Notes: generated by a model not told the origin, from the letters alone. A DNA stretch of 64,000 nucleotides from Eubacteriales bacterium (GCA_045633405.1 JAZQYD010000090.1:12268-76267), one strand, 5' to 3'; counted from the stretch's first letter, positions 38,569-48,821 are shown. Program-made: numbers and translations.

Positions 38569-39516
38569 TTACTTTAAATGCTCTTCTCTTGCAAGAGCAG
38601 CGATTCCTACTGCATTATCAGCGGATAAGCTAGGCTCGGCGAAATATGCACCGTACTTATCGCTTATACGCTTGCGAATGATCGAATTACACATAACGCC
38701 CCCTGCAAAAACAAGCGGCATCTCGCCATACTTTGAAACAAATGAATCAGTTATCCCGATGAGTGAGTCCGCGATATAATTAAGCACAAACATCGCCGTC
38801 TCCCCCTGATCCCCGGTGTCCTTCAGCATTTTCTCGGCCATATTCTCAAGACCCGACAAATTTACATACGTATCGGAAATATGGGGACGTCTGTAAGAAA
38901 CCTTTTGACCGTACGAAAGTGCAAGACGCTCAAGCTCAGGGCCTGCAGGAAATTTCAACCCCATCTTAACACCTATTCTGTCGATGATCTGTCCCGCATT
39001 AAGATCAAGTGTGCCTCCAACCTGCTCGGCACGGAATCCGTATTCATCCCGGACTACTCGCAGGCACTCTGTGGTACCGCCCGAAACGTGAAAGGCACAA
39101 AACGTCTCTCCGTCCTTTATATCAGCATTAGATGAATAAAGAGCCGCCATAATATGACCGCACTGATGTGAAAACCTAAAAAGCGGAGCTCCGACAGTGC
39201 ATGATATACTTTCCGCAGAAGCTACTCCTGCCAAAAAGCACGGCATATATGATCCGTCTACATTACGAGGTCTTTCACTCACTCCGACAGCTACAATCCT
39301 CTTACCCGGAAGATGCTTCTTGGCCTCCTCCATAGCGGAAGGAATGTTTTTTATATGTGAAAACACGGCCTCCGATTGACGGAGCCCGCGTTCGCCCTCC
39401 TTTACCGGCAAAGGACGTTTTATATTTGCAATCAACTGACCGTCTACGCCGAGAATAGCGACAGAGGTAGTATAATTGCTTGTATCAATTCCTATGATTA
39501 CCTCTTGATCTGTCAT
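38569..39516 (-). CDS. Kae1/TsaD-family (peptidase M22-like, ASKHA fold) protein, divergent short paralog
   Basis: IIGIDTSNYTTSVAIL, HxxxH metal motif SHQCGH, HVSGGTTE, FAGGVMCNSIIR, ADNAVGIA. 315 aa; lacks the SCDET N-terminal motif of canonical TsaD. Confidence 0.6.
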   Translation of the reverse strand: MTDQEVIIGIDTSNYTTSVAILGVDGQLIANIKRPLPVKEGERGLRQSEAVFSHIKNIPSAMEEAKKHLPGKRIVAVGVSERPRNVDGSYMPCFLAGVASAESISCTVGAPLFRFSHQCGHIMAALYSSNADIKDGETFCAFHVSGGTTECLRVVRDEYGFRAEQVGGTLDLNAGQIIDRIGVKMGLKFPAGPELERLALSYGQKVSYRRPHISDTYVNLSGLENMAEKMLKDTGDQGETAMFVLNYIADSLIGITDSFVSKYGEMPLVFAGGVMCNSIIRKRISDKYGAYFAEPSLSADNAVGIAALAREEHLK

Positions 39517-39917
39517 TTTCTGCCTATCAAGGTAGCCAAGGCGTTCAAAACGCCGTTTATAAACGAATATGCCTTATCCTCATCGTATTTCTTCGATAAT
39601 TCAACAGCCTCGTTTATGGAAACGAATACCGGAATATCCTCCATAAACATAAGCTCAAAAGCGGAAAGAGTGAGAATAGCACGTGACACGTAGGATATTC
39701 TATCCTTCTTCCAGCCAATCAAGCACTTCTCGACCGTCTCGTCGATGATGGCTTTATTTTCACCCGAGCCGAAGAATACCTTCTTTACGTAATCGTCATA
39801 TTCGAGCCCTCTTTTTTCGGTTGCCAGTCTGAAAATTTCCTCACAAGACTCATCGGACTTGATCGCCTTTTCAAATAAAAGAATGAATGCATTCTCTCTA
39901 GCTGTCTTTCTGTTCAT
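39513..39917 (-). CDS. nusB: Transcription antitermination factor NusB
   Basis: RKTARENAFILLFE N-terminus, 134 aa all-helical protein. Confidence 0.9.
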   Translation of the reverse strand: MNRKTARENAFILLFEKAIKSDESCEEIFRLATEKRGLEYDDYVKKVFFGSGENKAIIDETVEKCLIGWKKDRISYVSRAILTLSAFELMFMEDIPVFVSINEAVELSKKYDEDKAYSFINGVLNALATLIGRK

Positions 39918-40039
39918 AGCAAATCCTTTAATAAAATATTTTCATCAACTAATTATAAGATAAAATTTAAAGTTTGTCAACCACTTTTGCATAATTATGC
40001 ATGTAAATATATTATTCAAAATATTTCTCGTTCGACCAC

Positions 40040-40068
40040 TTGCAAAAGCACAAAAGCTATGGTATAAT
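40040..40068 (+). promoter_or_regulatory. Candidate sigma-A promoter of the membrane protein-DUF951-ruvAB unit
   Basis: TTGCAA, 17-nt spacer, TATAAT. The TTG used as the ORF-track start is the -35 element. Confidence 0.5.
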
Positions 40069-40105
40069 TAAAGGAGTGAAATATAATTCCCGAAGAGGTA
40101 TTAAA

Positions 40106-40576
40106 ATGAAACGAATTGAACAAGCACTTGAGCGTGGTGCAGGATACTGTATTCTTATACTTACTATGCTGGCAGCATTTGCCGATCAAAAAAGCGAAGC
40201 AATCAGATTCGACGTATTCTTTTTGGCTTTAGGCTTCGGAATGCTGGTTGCACTTGCCGAGTTCATCTACTCTATGCTTAAGATTAACCCTTTCTTGAAA
40301 ATGATCCTTCACTACACCCTGCTCTTAGGTGCCTTCTTAATAGTGTTCCTCGCAGGAAGCGGTTATGTGAAAAAAGCAGGAGTGGCAGGTGTATTTATCG
40401 TAATCATCATATACACTCTCATCTACTTCGTTTTCCTTGGTATCATAAAATTGGTACGCCTCACAGTATCAGCCGCAGACAAGTCTCTTGACAAGCGTAC
40501 TGCCAAGCGTGCAAATTCAAAAAAGAGCAAGTCGACCAAGAAATCCGATAACTACACCCCTCGTTTTAATAAGTAA
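40106..40576 (+). CDS. Small integral membrane protein with a Lys-rich tail (DUF3021-like), unknown function
   Basis: Four predicted TM helices and a basic C-terminus KRTAKRANSKKSKSTKKS. Start at ATG 40106 with a GAAGAGG RBS. Confidence 0.5.
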   Translation: MKRIEQALERGAGYCILILTMLAAFADQKSEAIRFDVFFLALGFGMLVALAEFIYSMLKINPFLKMILHYTLLLGAFLIVFLAGSGYVKKAGVAGVFIVIIIYTLIYFVFLGIIKLVRLTVSAADKSLDKRTAKRANSKKSKSTKKSDNYTPRFNK

Positions 40577-40584
40577 AAATCCAT

Positions 40585-40788
40585 ATGGAAATTTTAAAAT
40601 TCAACGTTGGAGATACTCTCCAAATGAAGAAAAAGCATCCCTGCGGTTCTCTAACGTTTACAGTTATGAGAATAGGCTCGGATGTGAGAATTGTGTGCGA
40701 CGGTTGCAAAAGAGATTTAACTCTGCCTCGAATTACGGTTGAGAAAAACACAAAAAAGGTCATTTCAAGAACAAATACAGAACAGTGA
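40585..40788 (+). CDS. DUF951-like small protein
   Basis: 67 aa; KKKHPCGS...CDGCKRDL zinc-ribbon-like pattern typical of DUF951. Confidence 0.55.
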   Translation: MEILKFNVGDTLQMKKKHPCGSLTFTVMRIGSDVRIVCDGCKRDLTLPRITVEKNTKKVISRTNTEQ

Positions 40789-40794
40789 GGTCTT

Positions 40795-41409
40795 ATGCTC
40801 TATTACCTTGACGGCGTGCTTACGGTACGTGATATAAATATGTGTGTCGTTGATTGCGGTGGCGTCGGATACGCTCTTACAATCAGCCAGATCACCTCCG
40901 AGAGCCTTTCCGGCTCGCTTAATAAAAAGGTCAAGCTTTTCACCTATCTCGCTGTAAGAGAAGACGGTGTAGAGCTCTTCGGCTTTGGCTCTAACGAGGA
41001 GAGATCGGCGTTCAATCTCCTTACCTCTGTAAGCGGTGTTGGCCCTAAGGCCGCAATAAATATTCTGTCAGTGCTTACCCCCGACAGACTTGCAATGGCA
41101 GTAGCAACGGATGACGTTAAGTCAATATCAAAGGCACAGAACGTTGGCCAAAAAACTGCAGCGAGAATCGTGCTTGAGCTGAAAGACAAGGTAGCCAAGG
41201 ATATGATTTCGGGCTCCGCATCAACCAAGACGGCAGGATCAGCCGGTGCAGCTCCGCACGTATCTTCAGGTAACCTCAATGAAGCTAAGGAGGCACTGAT
41301 AGCTCTCGGCTATGATAACCATTCGGTTATTAATGCCCTTAAGTCTATCGATCCCTCGCTCGACGTGGGTATGATCATTAAAACCGCTCTTAAAAATCTG
41401 TCAAGATAA
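40795..41409 (+). CDS. ruvA: Holliday junction helicase subunit RuvA
   Basis: MLYYLDGVL...VDCGGVGY OB domain, HhH motifs (VSGVGPKAA; GQKTAARI), C-terminal domain III. Confidence 0.9.
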   Translation: MLYYLDGVLTVRDINMCVVDCGGVGYALTISQITSESLSGSLNKKVKLFTYLAVREDGVELFGFGSNEERSAFNLLTSVSGVGPKAAINILSVLTPDRLAMAVATDDVKSISKAQNVGQKTAARIVLELKDKVAKDMISGSASTKTAGSAGAAPHVSSGNLNEAKEALIALGYDNHSVINALKSIDPSLDVGMIIKTALKNLSR

Positions 41410-41427
41410 TTCGGGGAGAATGTTGAT

Positions 41428-42507
41428 ATGAATGAAGAAATTGTCGAATTCGACTATGAAAACAGAATAGTATCCAATGAATACACCCCCGACGAGGACG
41501 CCGAGGTCGAGGGCGATCTTCGCCCTAAAAGCCTTGCAGACTACGTTGGACAAACCAAGGCTAAATCAAACTTAAAGGTTTACATAGAGAGTGCCCGAAT
41601 GAGAGGCGAGGCCCTTGATCACGTGCTTCTTTACGGCCCTCCCGGTCTCGGAAAGACCACCCTTTCAACGATAATTGCAAACGAAATGGGAGTTAATATC
41701 CGTACTACGTCAGGTCCCGCCATTGAGAAGCAGGGCGACCTTGCGGCAATTCTTACAAACCTCCAGGACGGTGACGTATTATTTATCGACGAGATTCACC
41801 GTCTGTCACGTGCGGTGGAGGAGATTCTCTACCCTGCTATGGAGGATTATGCCCTTGATATCATCATCGGAAAAGGTCCCAGTGCACGCTCTATCAGATT
41901 ACCAATACCTAAATTTACACTTATCGGAGCTACCACACGTGCGGGTCAGCTCACTACACCCCTCCGAGACCGTTTTGGCGTACTTTTGAAGCTTGAGCTT
42001 TATACTAACGAGGAGCTCGCAACAATCGTCGAGCGTTCCGCCGGCATTCTCAACATATCTATCACTAAGGACGGTGCACTCGGAATAGCATCACGCTCGA
42101 GAGGAACACCGAGAATTGCTAACAGATTGCTCAAGCGTGTGCGAGATTTTGCACTTGTCGAGGGAGATGGAACTATCACCTCCGAGATAGCAAGAATAGC
42201 ACTCGCCGCACTCGAGATCGATGACCTTGGACTTGACAATATCGACAGACGCATGCTCGAGGCTATAATCAAGTATTATCAGGGCGGTCCCGTTGGACTT
42301 GATACACTTGCTGCTACAATAGGCGAGGAAGCAATCACCATCGAGGATGTATATGAGCCCTACCTTATGCAGATAGGCTTCCTGGCGAGAACCCCGAGAG
42401 GAAGATGTGCAACAAGACTTGCCTATGATCATCTCGGTATTCCCTATTCCCAGCCATCGCAGGGTAAGCAGATTGCAGGACAGAGTAATATGGAGCTCGA
42501 TGACTGA
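41428..42507 (+). CDS. ruvB: Holliday junction helicase subunit RuvB
   Basis: [12 protein letters not shown], Walker [10 protein letters not shown], Walker [10 protein letters not shown], sensor GATTRAG, winged helix [10 protein letters not shown]. Confidence 0.95.
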   Translation: MNEEIVEFDYENRIVSNEYTPDEDAEVEGDLRPKSLADYVGQTKAKSNLKVYIESARMRGEALDHVLLYGPPGLGKTTLSTIIANEMGVNIRTTSGPAIEKQGDLAAILTNLQDGDVLFIDEIHRLSRAVEEILYPAMEDYALDIIIGKGPSARSIRLPIPKFTLIGATTRAGQLTTPLRDRFGVLLKLELYTNEELATIVERSAGILNISITKDGALGIASRSRGTPRIANRLLKRVRDFALVEGDGTITSEIARIALAALEIDDLGLDNIDRRMLEAIIKYYQGGPVGLDTLAATIGEEAITIEDVYEPYLMQIGFLARTPRGRCATRLAYDHLGIPYSQPSQGKQIAGQSNMELDD

Positions 42508-42570
42508 TTCATCTGAAGTCTATAAGAACTCTATCCCTTATCGGTTTTCAAATTAAATTCCACATAAAAA

Positions 42571-42612
42571 GCAAGAGCAAACGCCGTTTTTTTACGTTTG
42601 CTCTTGCTTTTT
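42571..42612 (+). terminator. Rho-independent terminator after ruvB
   Basis: GCAAGAGCAAACG / CGTTTGCTCTTGC 13-bp stem followed by TTTTT; an A-run upstream makes it potentially bidirectional. Confidence 0.8.
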
Positions 42613-42810
42613 GTTTTCTTGCTTTATAAAGGACATGGTCATTCTGCCTTGCTTTTAGTATCCAATATCACTTTTTATCACTGATAAATATGATTATTAA
42701 CACAAACCGTCACTTGATCATAATATATATTGATGCTCGGTGGCGGACGGTAATGACGACACAAAAGGAAAATGACGTGCACCTAAGATAACATGCCGAA
42801 AGCCACCTTT

Positions 42811-43293
42811 TCAGATTCTCTCAATAAGCACGACAGAATGTGCACAGATGCCTTCGCCACTGCCCGTAAAGCCAAGCTTTTCCTCAGTTGTAGCCTTAAC
42901 GTTTATATCATCAAAACGAATTCCGAGCACAGCCGCAATGTTGGAACGCATGTCATCAATATACGGTGCAAGCTTAGGGCTTTCCGCTATTACGGTAGCA
43001 TCGATATTAGAGATATCATATCCCTGATTAAAGGCTAAAACACGCACGTGAGCGAGAAGCTCAAGACTGGATATTCCTCTATATCTTTCATCACTGTCAG
43101 GAAAATGCTTCCCTATATCACCGAGTCCGAGTGCACCTAAAATGGCATCCATTATTGCGTGGACAAGCACGTCTGCGTCGGAATGACCGAGAAGACCTCT
43201 TGGATTCTCGATTTTAACACCGCCGAGTATAAGATCACGCCCCTCTACTAATCTGTGGACGTCGTATCCGTGACCTATTCTGAAATTACCCAT
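42811..43293 (-). CDS. ispF: 2-C-methyl-D-erythritol 2,4-cyclodiphosphate synthase
   Basis: [22 protein letters not shown], and the ATTTEKLGFTG motif. Confidence 0.95.
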   Translation of the reverse strand: MGNFRIGHGYDVHRLVEGRDLILGGVKIENPRGLLGHSDADVLVHAIMDAILGALGLGDIGKHFPDSDERYRGISSLELLAHVRVLAFNQGYDISNIDATVIAESPKLAPYIDDMRSNIAAVLGIRFDDINVKATTEEKLGFTGSGEGICAHSVVLIERI

Positions 43294-43990
43294 TCTTATC
43301 CTCCATGCTTAAAAGCATCTCTAAATATGCTATGTCAGAACGTGAGGTAACCTTGGGGTTCTCCCTTTCCTGAATCACAGCATACACGCTAACTCCGATC
43401 CTTTCGACAAGCATATTATCATCGGTTATATCACTCTTATCGTTAACAGTATCGAGTGCTCTCTGATATATCTTTCTGTCAAATATTTGCGGAGTTGTAG
43501 CACGTACAAGAGTCGATCTATCGAGTGTTTCTTGCACGTTTCCTACATTATTAATTATTTTAATAGTATCTGTAACGGGTGCGGCAGCAGTAGCGGCACC
43601 TGTTTTTCTTGCGGCAACTACCACCTCCGATATCATCTCGGATGTAATCATCGGACGTGCGGCATCGTGTATCGCAACGAGCTCGGTGTCATCTGAAATC
43701 AGCTTGAATCCGCACTCAGCAGAAGCAGCTCTTGTGCTACCGCCAATACCGATATTTACAACCTTGGGAATCCCCGAAAGCTCCTCTTTCGCAAAATCCA
43801 GTTCATCCTCACGTACTATCACTACGATCTCGTCGATATCCGGGCATTCATCGAACGCAATCACACTACGCTTTAAGATACTCATCCCGCCGACAAGCAT
43901 TCTCTGCTTCGTAATATCCGCCATCATTCGAGTTCCGGAGCCACCCGCAAGAATTATTGCCGAAACACGCCTTACTTTAATTGAAGACAA
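43286..43990 (-). CDS. ispD: 2-C-methyl-D-erythritol 4-phosphate cytidylyltransferase
   Basis: [12 protein letters not shown] and VAIHDAARP motifs. Start moved to TTG 43990 (GAGGAGA RBS, 7-nt spacing, 20 nt after the upstream stop) rather than ATG 44101, which would overlap the upstream gene by 92 nt. Confidence 0.85.
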   Translation of the reverse strand: MSSIKVRRVSAIILAGGSGTRMMADITKQRMLVGGMSILKRSVIAFDECPDIDEIVVIVREDELDFAKEELSGIPKVVNIGIGGSTRAASAECGFKLISDDTELVAIHDAARPMITSEMISEVVVAARKTGAATAAAPVTDTIKIINNVGNVQETLDRSTLVRATTPQIFDRKIYQRALDTVNDKSDITDDNMLVERIGVSVYAVIQERENPKVTSRSDIAYLEMLLSMEDKNG

Positions 43991-44009
43991 TTTATTTCTC
44001 TCCTCATAA

Positions 44010-44348
44010 TCATTTTCTGTAATACACAAAATGCACTGTAATCGTTCTTTCTCGACCGTCTTCAAGCAAATTCGGGCCCTTGATAATGACACCGTCTCCA
44101 CTCATCAACCAGCTTATCTCAAGATTCTTTATCTCGGTCTTGAACAATCTGTCTCCCGAGGAATCAACAATAAACGTATCCCCCTGAACCGTCAGGGCTC
44201 CGCCTCTGCCGATAACGTCATCGTTATCTTCAACTCTCTCGGTTACGTATTTTACAACCTGTCCGTGGAGCTCACGTGCCTTTTCAAGCTTATATGAATA
44301 GCTATTCGGATTCTTACCGATTCCGAGTATTTTTCTGATTAAACCCAT
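44010..44348 (-). CDS. Hypothetical protein (112 aa), no recognised family
   Basis: ORF with a GGAGG RBS before ATG 44348 (MGLIRKILGIG). Immediately upstream of ispD-ispF on the same strand. Confidence 0.5.
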   Translation of the reverse strand: MGLIRKILGIGKNPNSYSYKLEKARELHGQVVKYVTERVEDNDDVIGRGGALTVQGDTFIVDSSGDRLFKTEIKNLEISWLMSGDGVIIKGPNLLEDGRERTITVHFVYYRK

Positions 44349-44468
44349 TTTTCCTCCAAGAAAATCAAAAGAGTACATCTTATTCTACCATAAAAAGACC
44401 AAGTTGGGAATACTTTTTACACATTTTTTAATTTTTTAAATTTTTTTAAACTTTTTTTGCAAAAGCTA

Positions 44469-44497
44469 TTGATTTTTATAATAAGAAGTATTATAAT
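44469..44497 (+). promoter_or_regulatory. Candidate sigma-A promoter of the dcw cluster (Pmra)
   Basis: TTGATT, 17-nt spacer, TATAAT, about 125 nt upstream of the mraZ ATG. Confidence 0.5.
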
Positions 44498-44505
44498 AAA
44501 TATCA

Positions 44506-44525
44506 GGTGGGGCAAAGTGGAGCAT
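44506..44525 (+). promoter_or_regulatory. Candidate MraZ operator (two direct GTGGNG repeats at 10-nt phasing)
   Basis: gGTGGGGcaaaGTGGAGcatt immediately downstream of the -10. It resembles the TGGGN direct repeats with 5-nt spacers bound by E. coli MraZ. Confidence 0.3.
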
Positions 44526-44621
44526 TTTAGCTCATTTTCCCACAAAATGCACTATTCATCCCCTACTTTTACTAAAAAAGTGGTATCAACTTACTCTGAA
44601 AGAAAGGAGAGAGCGGTCTTT

Positions 44622-45044
44622 ATGTCATTTGTTGGATCATTCAAGCATTCACTCGATGCAAAGAAAAGAGTGTTCATTCCCTCTAAGTTCCGTGAAGAGC
44701 TTGGAGAAGAATTTTACATTACCAGAAAATTCGATACCTATCTCTCCATATATACAGCAGAGGATTGGCACGCATACGTCGAGAGAATCGAAAAGCTCCC
44801 TGAGAGCGAAGCAGTCGAGATACAAGACTTTCTCCTCGGTGCAGCTCAGAAATGCTCTCCCGACTCCAGCGGAAGAATAATCCTTGATGAAGATCTCGCA
44901 GATCACGCGGGAATCATAAAAAACATAGTTTTTGTCGGTGCGGGCAAGCAGATACGCATCTGGGCAGAAGAGATCTGGAAAGAGCGTGAGAAGACAAGAG
45001 ACCTTTCCAAGATGCGTGAAATCATGCGTCAGTACGGACTTTAA
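44622..45044 (+). CDS. mraZ: Transcriptional regulator MraZ
   Basis: FVGSFKHSLDAKKRVFIPSKFREEL plus a second SpoVT/AbrB-like repeat SSGRIILDEDL. Start at ATG 44622 after a GGAGAG RBS. Confidence 0.9.
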   Translation: MSFVGSFKHSLDAKKRVFIPSKFREELGEEFYITRKFDTYLSIYTAEDWHAYVERIEKLPESEAVEIQDFLLGAAQKCSPDSSGRIILDEDLADHAGIIKNIVFVGAGKQIRIWAEEIWKEREKTRDLSKMREIMRQYGL

Positions 45045-45056
45045 TGTGAGGCTTTT

Positions 45057-46001
45057 ATGTCGGATGTAAAATTTTCACACGTATCAGTACTTCTCTACGA
45101 ATGTATTGAGGCACTTAACATAAGAGATGGATATACCTACGTAGATTGCACTGCAGGAGGTGGCGGCCATTCCATTGAGATCGCTCGCCGAATGGGCAAG
45201 AATTCGCATCTGATCTGCTTTGACCGTGATAAAACCGCTATCGAAGCATCGAAGGCGAGGCTTGCAGATTACTCATCGCAGGTAACCTTTATCAACGAGA
45301 ATTTTTCTTCCCTATCCGAAGTACTTAAGGAGTATAACATAACCAATCTCGGCGGAGTTCTCGCTGACCTCGGCTGCTCATCTCATCAATTCGACACTCC
45401 GGACAGAGGCTTCAGCTATATGCACGATGCTCCGATCGATATGAGAATGGATAAGGATGCTCCTTTATCAGGCTATGACGTGGTAAACAAGTACTCCTTC
45501 CAAGACCTCAAGCGTATCATTTATGAATACGGTGAAGAGAGATTTGCGGCAAAAATTGCATCTGCGATATGCTCACACCGTGAGGACAAGCCCATCGAAA
45601 CTACCCACGAGCTCTCCGAGATAATCAAGGGAGCTATTCCCAAGGCTGCGAGAGCTGATGGTCCCCATCCCGCTAAGCGTACGTTCCAAGCCTTAAGGAT
45701 CGAGGTTAACGGTGAGTTAGACTCCATCAAGCCTATGATAGACACAGCGGCTCACGCTTTGACAGAAGGCGGAAGAATAGCGATAATTTCATTCCACTCG
45801 TTAGAGGACAGAATAGTTAAAGACACTTACAAATCACTCGCAAAGGGCTGTGTATGCCCCAGAGACTTCCCTGTTTGCGTCTGCGGATGCAAGCCCATAG
45901 TAAAAGAAATAACTAAAAAACCGATTCTTCCCTCCGATGAAGAGCTTGCGATCAACCCCAGGTCCAGAAGTGCAAAGCTCCGAATTGCCGAGAAGCTGTA
46001 A
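45057..46001 (+). CDS. rsmH: 16S rRNA (cytosine1402-N4)-methyltransferase
   Basis: HVSVLLYECIEAL, DCTAGGGGHS, DLGCSSHQFD, SFHSLEDRIVK. Confidence 0.95.
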   Translation: MSDVKFSHVSVLLYECIEALNIRDGYTYVDCTAGGGGHSIEIARRMGKNSHLICFDRDKTAIEASKARLADYSSQVTFINENFSSLSEVLKEYNITNLGGVLADLGCSSHQFDTPDRGFSYMHDAPIDMRMDKDAPLSGYDVVNKYSFQDLKRIIYEYGEERFAAKIASAICSHREDKPIETTHELSEIIKGAIPKAARADGPHPAKRTFQALRIEVNGELDSIKPMIDTAAHALTEGGRIAIISFHSLEDRIVKDTYKSLAKGCVCPRDFPVCVCGCKPIVKEITKKPILPSDEELAINPRSRSAKLRIAEKL

Positions 46002-46022
46002 TATAAAGAAGGAGAAACAACA

Positions 46023-46463
46023 ATGAGTACTGTAACCAATCCCTATGACGCATTATATACTAATCTTAAGAACAGATTTACCGTAGTAAACGGCGGTGTG
46101 GAATGCTCCGTCGCTGATTATATGCTCATGAAGGCAGGAAAGCAGAAAAATGCCTCTAACCTCCCTACCGAGGTTAAAAGAGGAAGCCTCGAGATGTCAA
46201 TGGGTGCATTCATCAGCTTTATGAACGAAAAGCTTACGGTAAAGAATCCTCCCGTAAAGGATAGGACTCTCAAGCGTTTCCCCATAAAGTCTACCTTCTC
46301 TGCTATGCTCTCTGCTGTTGCTGTATGTGCTCTTGTTATCTCATGCGGTATTTTCACTGCGAGTAAGACAGAGGAGAACGTTATGCCCTCCATGCAGAAC
46401 GCAACGGTTGAATCCGATACCGAGAATACTCCCGATGTAATTCCCTTCCTCGATAAGAACTGA
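46023..46463 (+). CDS. Hypothetical single-pass membrane protein occupying the FtsL position
   Basis: 146 aa with one TM (STFSAMLSAVAVCALVISCGIF) near residues 100-121 and only about 25 aa beyond it. Located between rsmH and the PBP gene. Confidence 0.5.
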   Translation: MSTVTNPYDALYTNLKNRFTVVNGGVECSVADYMLMKAGKQKNASNLPTEVKRGSLEMSMGAFISFMNEKLTVKNPPVKDRTLKRFPIKSTFSAMLSAVAVCALVISCGIFTASKTEENVMPSMQNATVESDTENTPDVIPFLDKN

Positions 46464-46552
46464 TCTCGGAATATATTTATTTTATATACATATAATATAG
46501 CGATGCTTCCGTAAGGTTGCACCGCTATATTTTTTTGTTCTGTGGAGAAGGA

Positions 46553-48808
46553 ATGCTTAAGAGTAAAACCGATATAACAAGGATAAAAACGGCGAAAAGA
46601 GCGAGGATAGTACTTATTTCCCTTGCTCTTTTTACCGTTTTTCTTATTTATAATATTCTATATTTATCCTTATTTCAATATAATCACTATATTGATAAGG
46701 TAAAGGATGAAATAACAACCACATCCATACTGAAAGCTGAGCGTGGGGCTATCTACGATAGAAACATGACACCGCTTGCCGTCACTAAAACCACGTGGCG
46801 TATATTTATATCCCCGAAGGAAATACGCAAAGCGTCTGAGAAGCATGGTGTCGACTATGTCGGTATGATCTCCTCGGGGCTATCCGATATATTAGGTGTT
46901 GATAAGGATAAGCTTTATAGAACTATTAAAGAATCGGGACTCTTGGACGTTACCGTAAAAAAGAGTGCAAGCAAAGATGAATACGATAAATTACTGAATT
47001 TCATCAAGAAAAATAAGCTTGACGACTTGATCTTCACTGAGGCACAAAGCTCAAGATATTACCCCGAGGGTACTCTCGCCGCACATACACTCGGCTTTAC
47101 GGGTAGCGACAATCAGGGGTTATACGGGCTTGAATATTACTACAACTCCACTCTCTCAGGTAAGAATGGCTATTATATGTATGCAAAGGATGCGGGAGGC
47201 AGCCCCCTGCCCGGAGGATATGCCGCATATTGTGAACCGATAGACGGAAACAGCATTGTAACAACCTTGGATTCCTATCTTCAATCACGGCTGGAGGCGG
47301 AGCTTGAAAGAATAGTATTGAATCACGACGTTAATAACAGAGTCGCAGGGATAGTAATGGATGCCAAAACCGGAGCTATTCTGGCGATGGCTACATCCTC
47401 ACCGTTTGACCCAAATGATCCTTATGAGCTGGACATTATTTCGAAATCACGTCTACAATCTTCAGGATACGCTGAAGGAAGCGACGAATATAAAGCATTA
47501 AAAACCGAGCTCATGCAGATAATGTGGTCCAACAAGGCAGTCTCGGAGACCTACGAGCCCGGCTCTACGTTCAAAATAATCACTGTAAGTGCAGCACTCG
47601 ACAGCGGATATGCAAAAGCAACCGATACCTTCTCGTGTGTCGGCTACCATAACGTAGGCGGATGGAGAATCAAATGTCATAAGGTTACGGGCCACGGCTC
47701 GGGCTTCAAGCTTTCCTACGGGCTTCAAATGTCCTGCAACCCTACCATGATGACCATAGCAGAAAGAATGGGAAGCGACGTTTTTTATTCATACGTCGAG
47801 AAGTTCGGATATATGTCCAAAACGGGAATTGACCTACCTAGCGAGGCATCAACTATATTCCATCAAAAGGCAAATATAGGCCCTACCGAGCTTGCCACAG
47901 CCTCATTCGGACAACGCTTCAAGGTATCGATCATAGCACAGCTCACCGCAATTGCAGCAGTAGCAAATGACGGAAAGCTGGTGCAGCCCTACGTAGTAGA
48001 AAGAATTATCGATCCGTACGGCAACACAGTAAGTGAGCATACTCCAATAGTAAAGGCTCAGGTTATCAGCGAGTCGGTCGCAAAGGAGGTCTCCGATATT
48101 CTGGAGCAAGGAGTGAGCGGTGACGGAGGAGCAAAGAATGCGTACGTTGAAGGCTATTACGTTGCGGCGAAGACAGGTACGTCACAGAAATTCGACGTTT
48201 TGGATGCGAACGGCAACTCTTACCTTAGGATAGGCTCCACGGTCGCATTCGCAAAGTCTGAGGAGCGAAGCATTGCTATGATAATAGTGGTAGATGAACC
48301 GATGACCACAGTAAAGTACGGCTCATTCGTAGCGGCCCCCTACATATCATCCTATCTGAGTGATGCCCTTCCGTATCTTAACTACCTCAGTGAGGCGGAA
48401 GAAAAAGAATTAACACTTGATAACTATATAGGTATAGATAAAAAAGAGCTCGCAGAAAAAATGAAGGAGCTTGGAATCAACTATAAAATTATAGGAGATG
48501 GCGATACTGTCACATCCCAGATTCCCGAAGCCGGAATAACTGTTGATCCCAAGCATGCAACGGTCTATTTTTATACCGACAAAAGACAGTATAGCACAAT
48601 ATCAGTACCTAATCTTGTGGGATTAACCCTCAAGGAAGCAAGCATCATTGCAACTGAAGCAGGGCTGAACGTTACTATAAAGGGTGTGAATGATAATCGC
48701 ATCGAGGAAACCGTCACTGTATGCAAGCAGTCCATCATTCCCGGTGATTCGGTTCCAATTGGCACAGTAATTGAATTATATGCTTTAAAAACCGATTTTG
48801 AAGATTAG
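46553..48808 (+). CDS. Class B penicillin-binding protein with two PASTA domains (FtsI/PBP2B/SpoVD type)
   Basis: N-terminal TM and dimerisation domain; SxxK (GSTFK), SxN (SCN), KTG (KTGT); two C-terminal PASTA repeats. Start at ATG 46553. Confidence 0.9.
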   Translation: MLKSKTDITRIKTAKRARIVLISLALFTVFLIYNILYLSLFQYNHYIDKVKDEITTTSILKAERGAIYDRNMTPLAVTKTTWRIFISPKEIRKASEKHGVDYVGMISSGLSDILGVDKDKLYRTIKESGLLDVTVKKSASKDEYDKLLNFIKKNKLDDLIFTEAQSSRYYPEGTLAAHTLGFTGSDNQGLYGLEYYYNSTLSGKNGYYMYAKDAGGSPLPGGYAAYCEPIDGNSIVTTLDSYLQSRLEAELERIVLNHDVNNRVAGIVMDAKTGAILAMATSSPFDPNDPYELDIISKSRLQSSGYAEGSDEYKALKTELMQIMWSNKAVSETYEPGSTFKIITVSAALDSGYAKATDTFSCVGYHNVGGWRIKCHKVTGHGSGFKLSYGLQMSCNPTMMTIAERMGSDVFYSYVEKFGYMSKTGIDLPSEASTIFHQKANIGPTELATASFGQRFKVSIIAQLTAIAAVANDGKLVQPYVVERIIDPYGNTVSEHTPIVKAQVISESVAKEVSDILEQGVSGDGGAKNAYVEGYYVAAKTGTSQKFDVLDANGNSYLRIGSTVAFAKSEERSIAMIIVVDEPMTTVKYGSFVAAPYISSYLSDALPYLNYLSEAEEKELTLDNYIGIDKKELAEKMKELGINYKIIGDGDTVTSQIPEAGITVDPKHATVYFYTDKRQYSTISVPNLVGLTLKEASIIATEAGLNVTIKGVNDNRIEETVTVCKQSIIPGDSVPIGTVIELYALKTDFED

Positions 48809-48821
48809 AGGAAGGATCACA

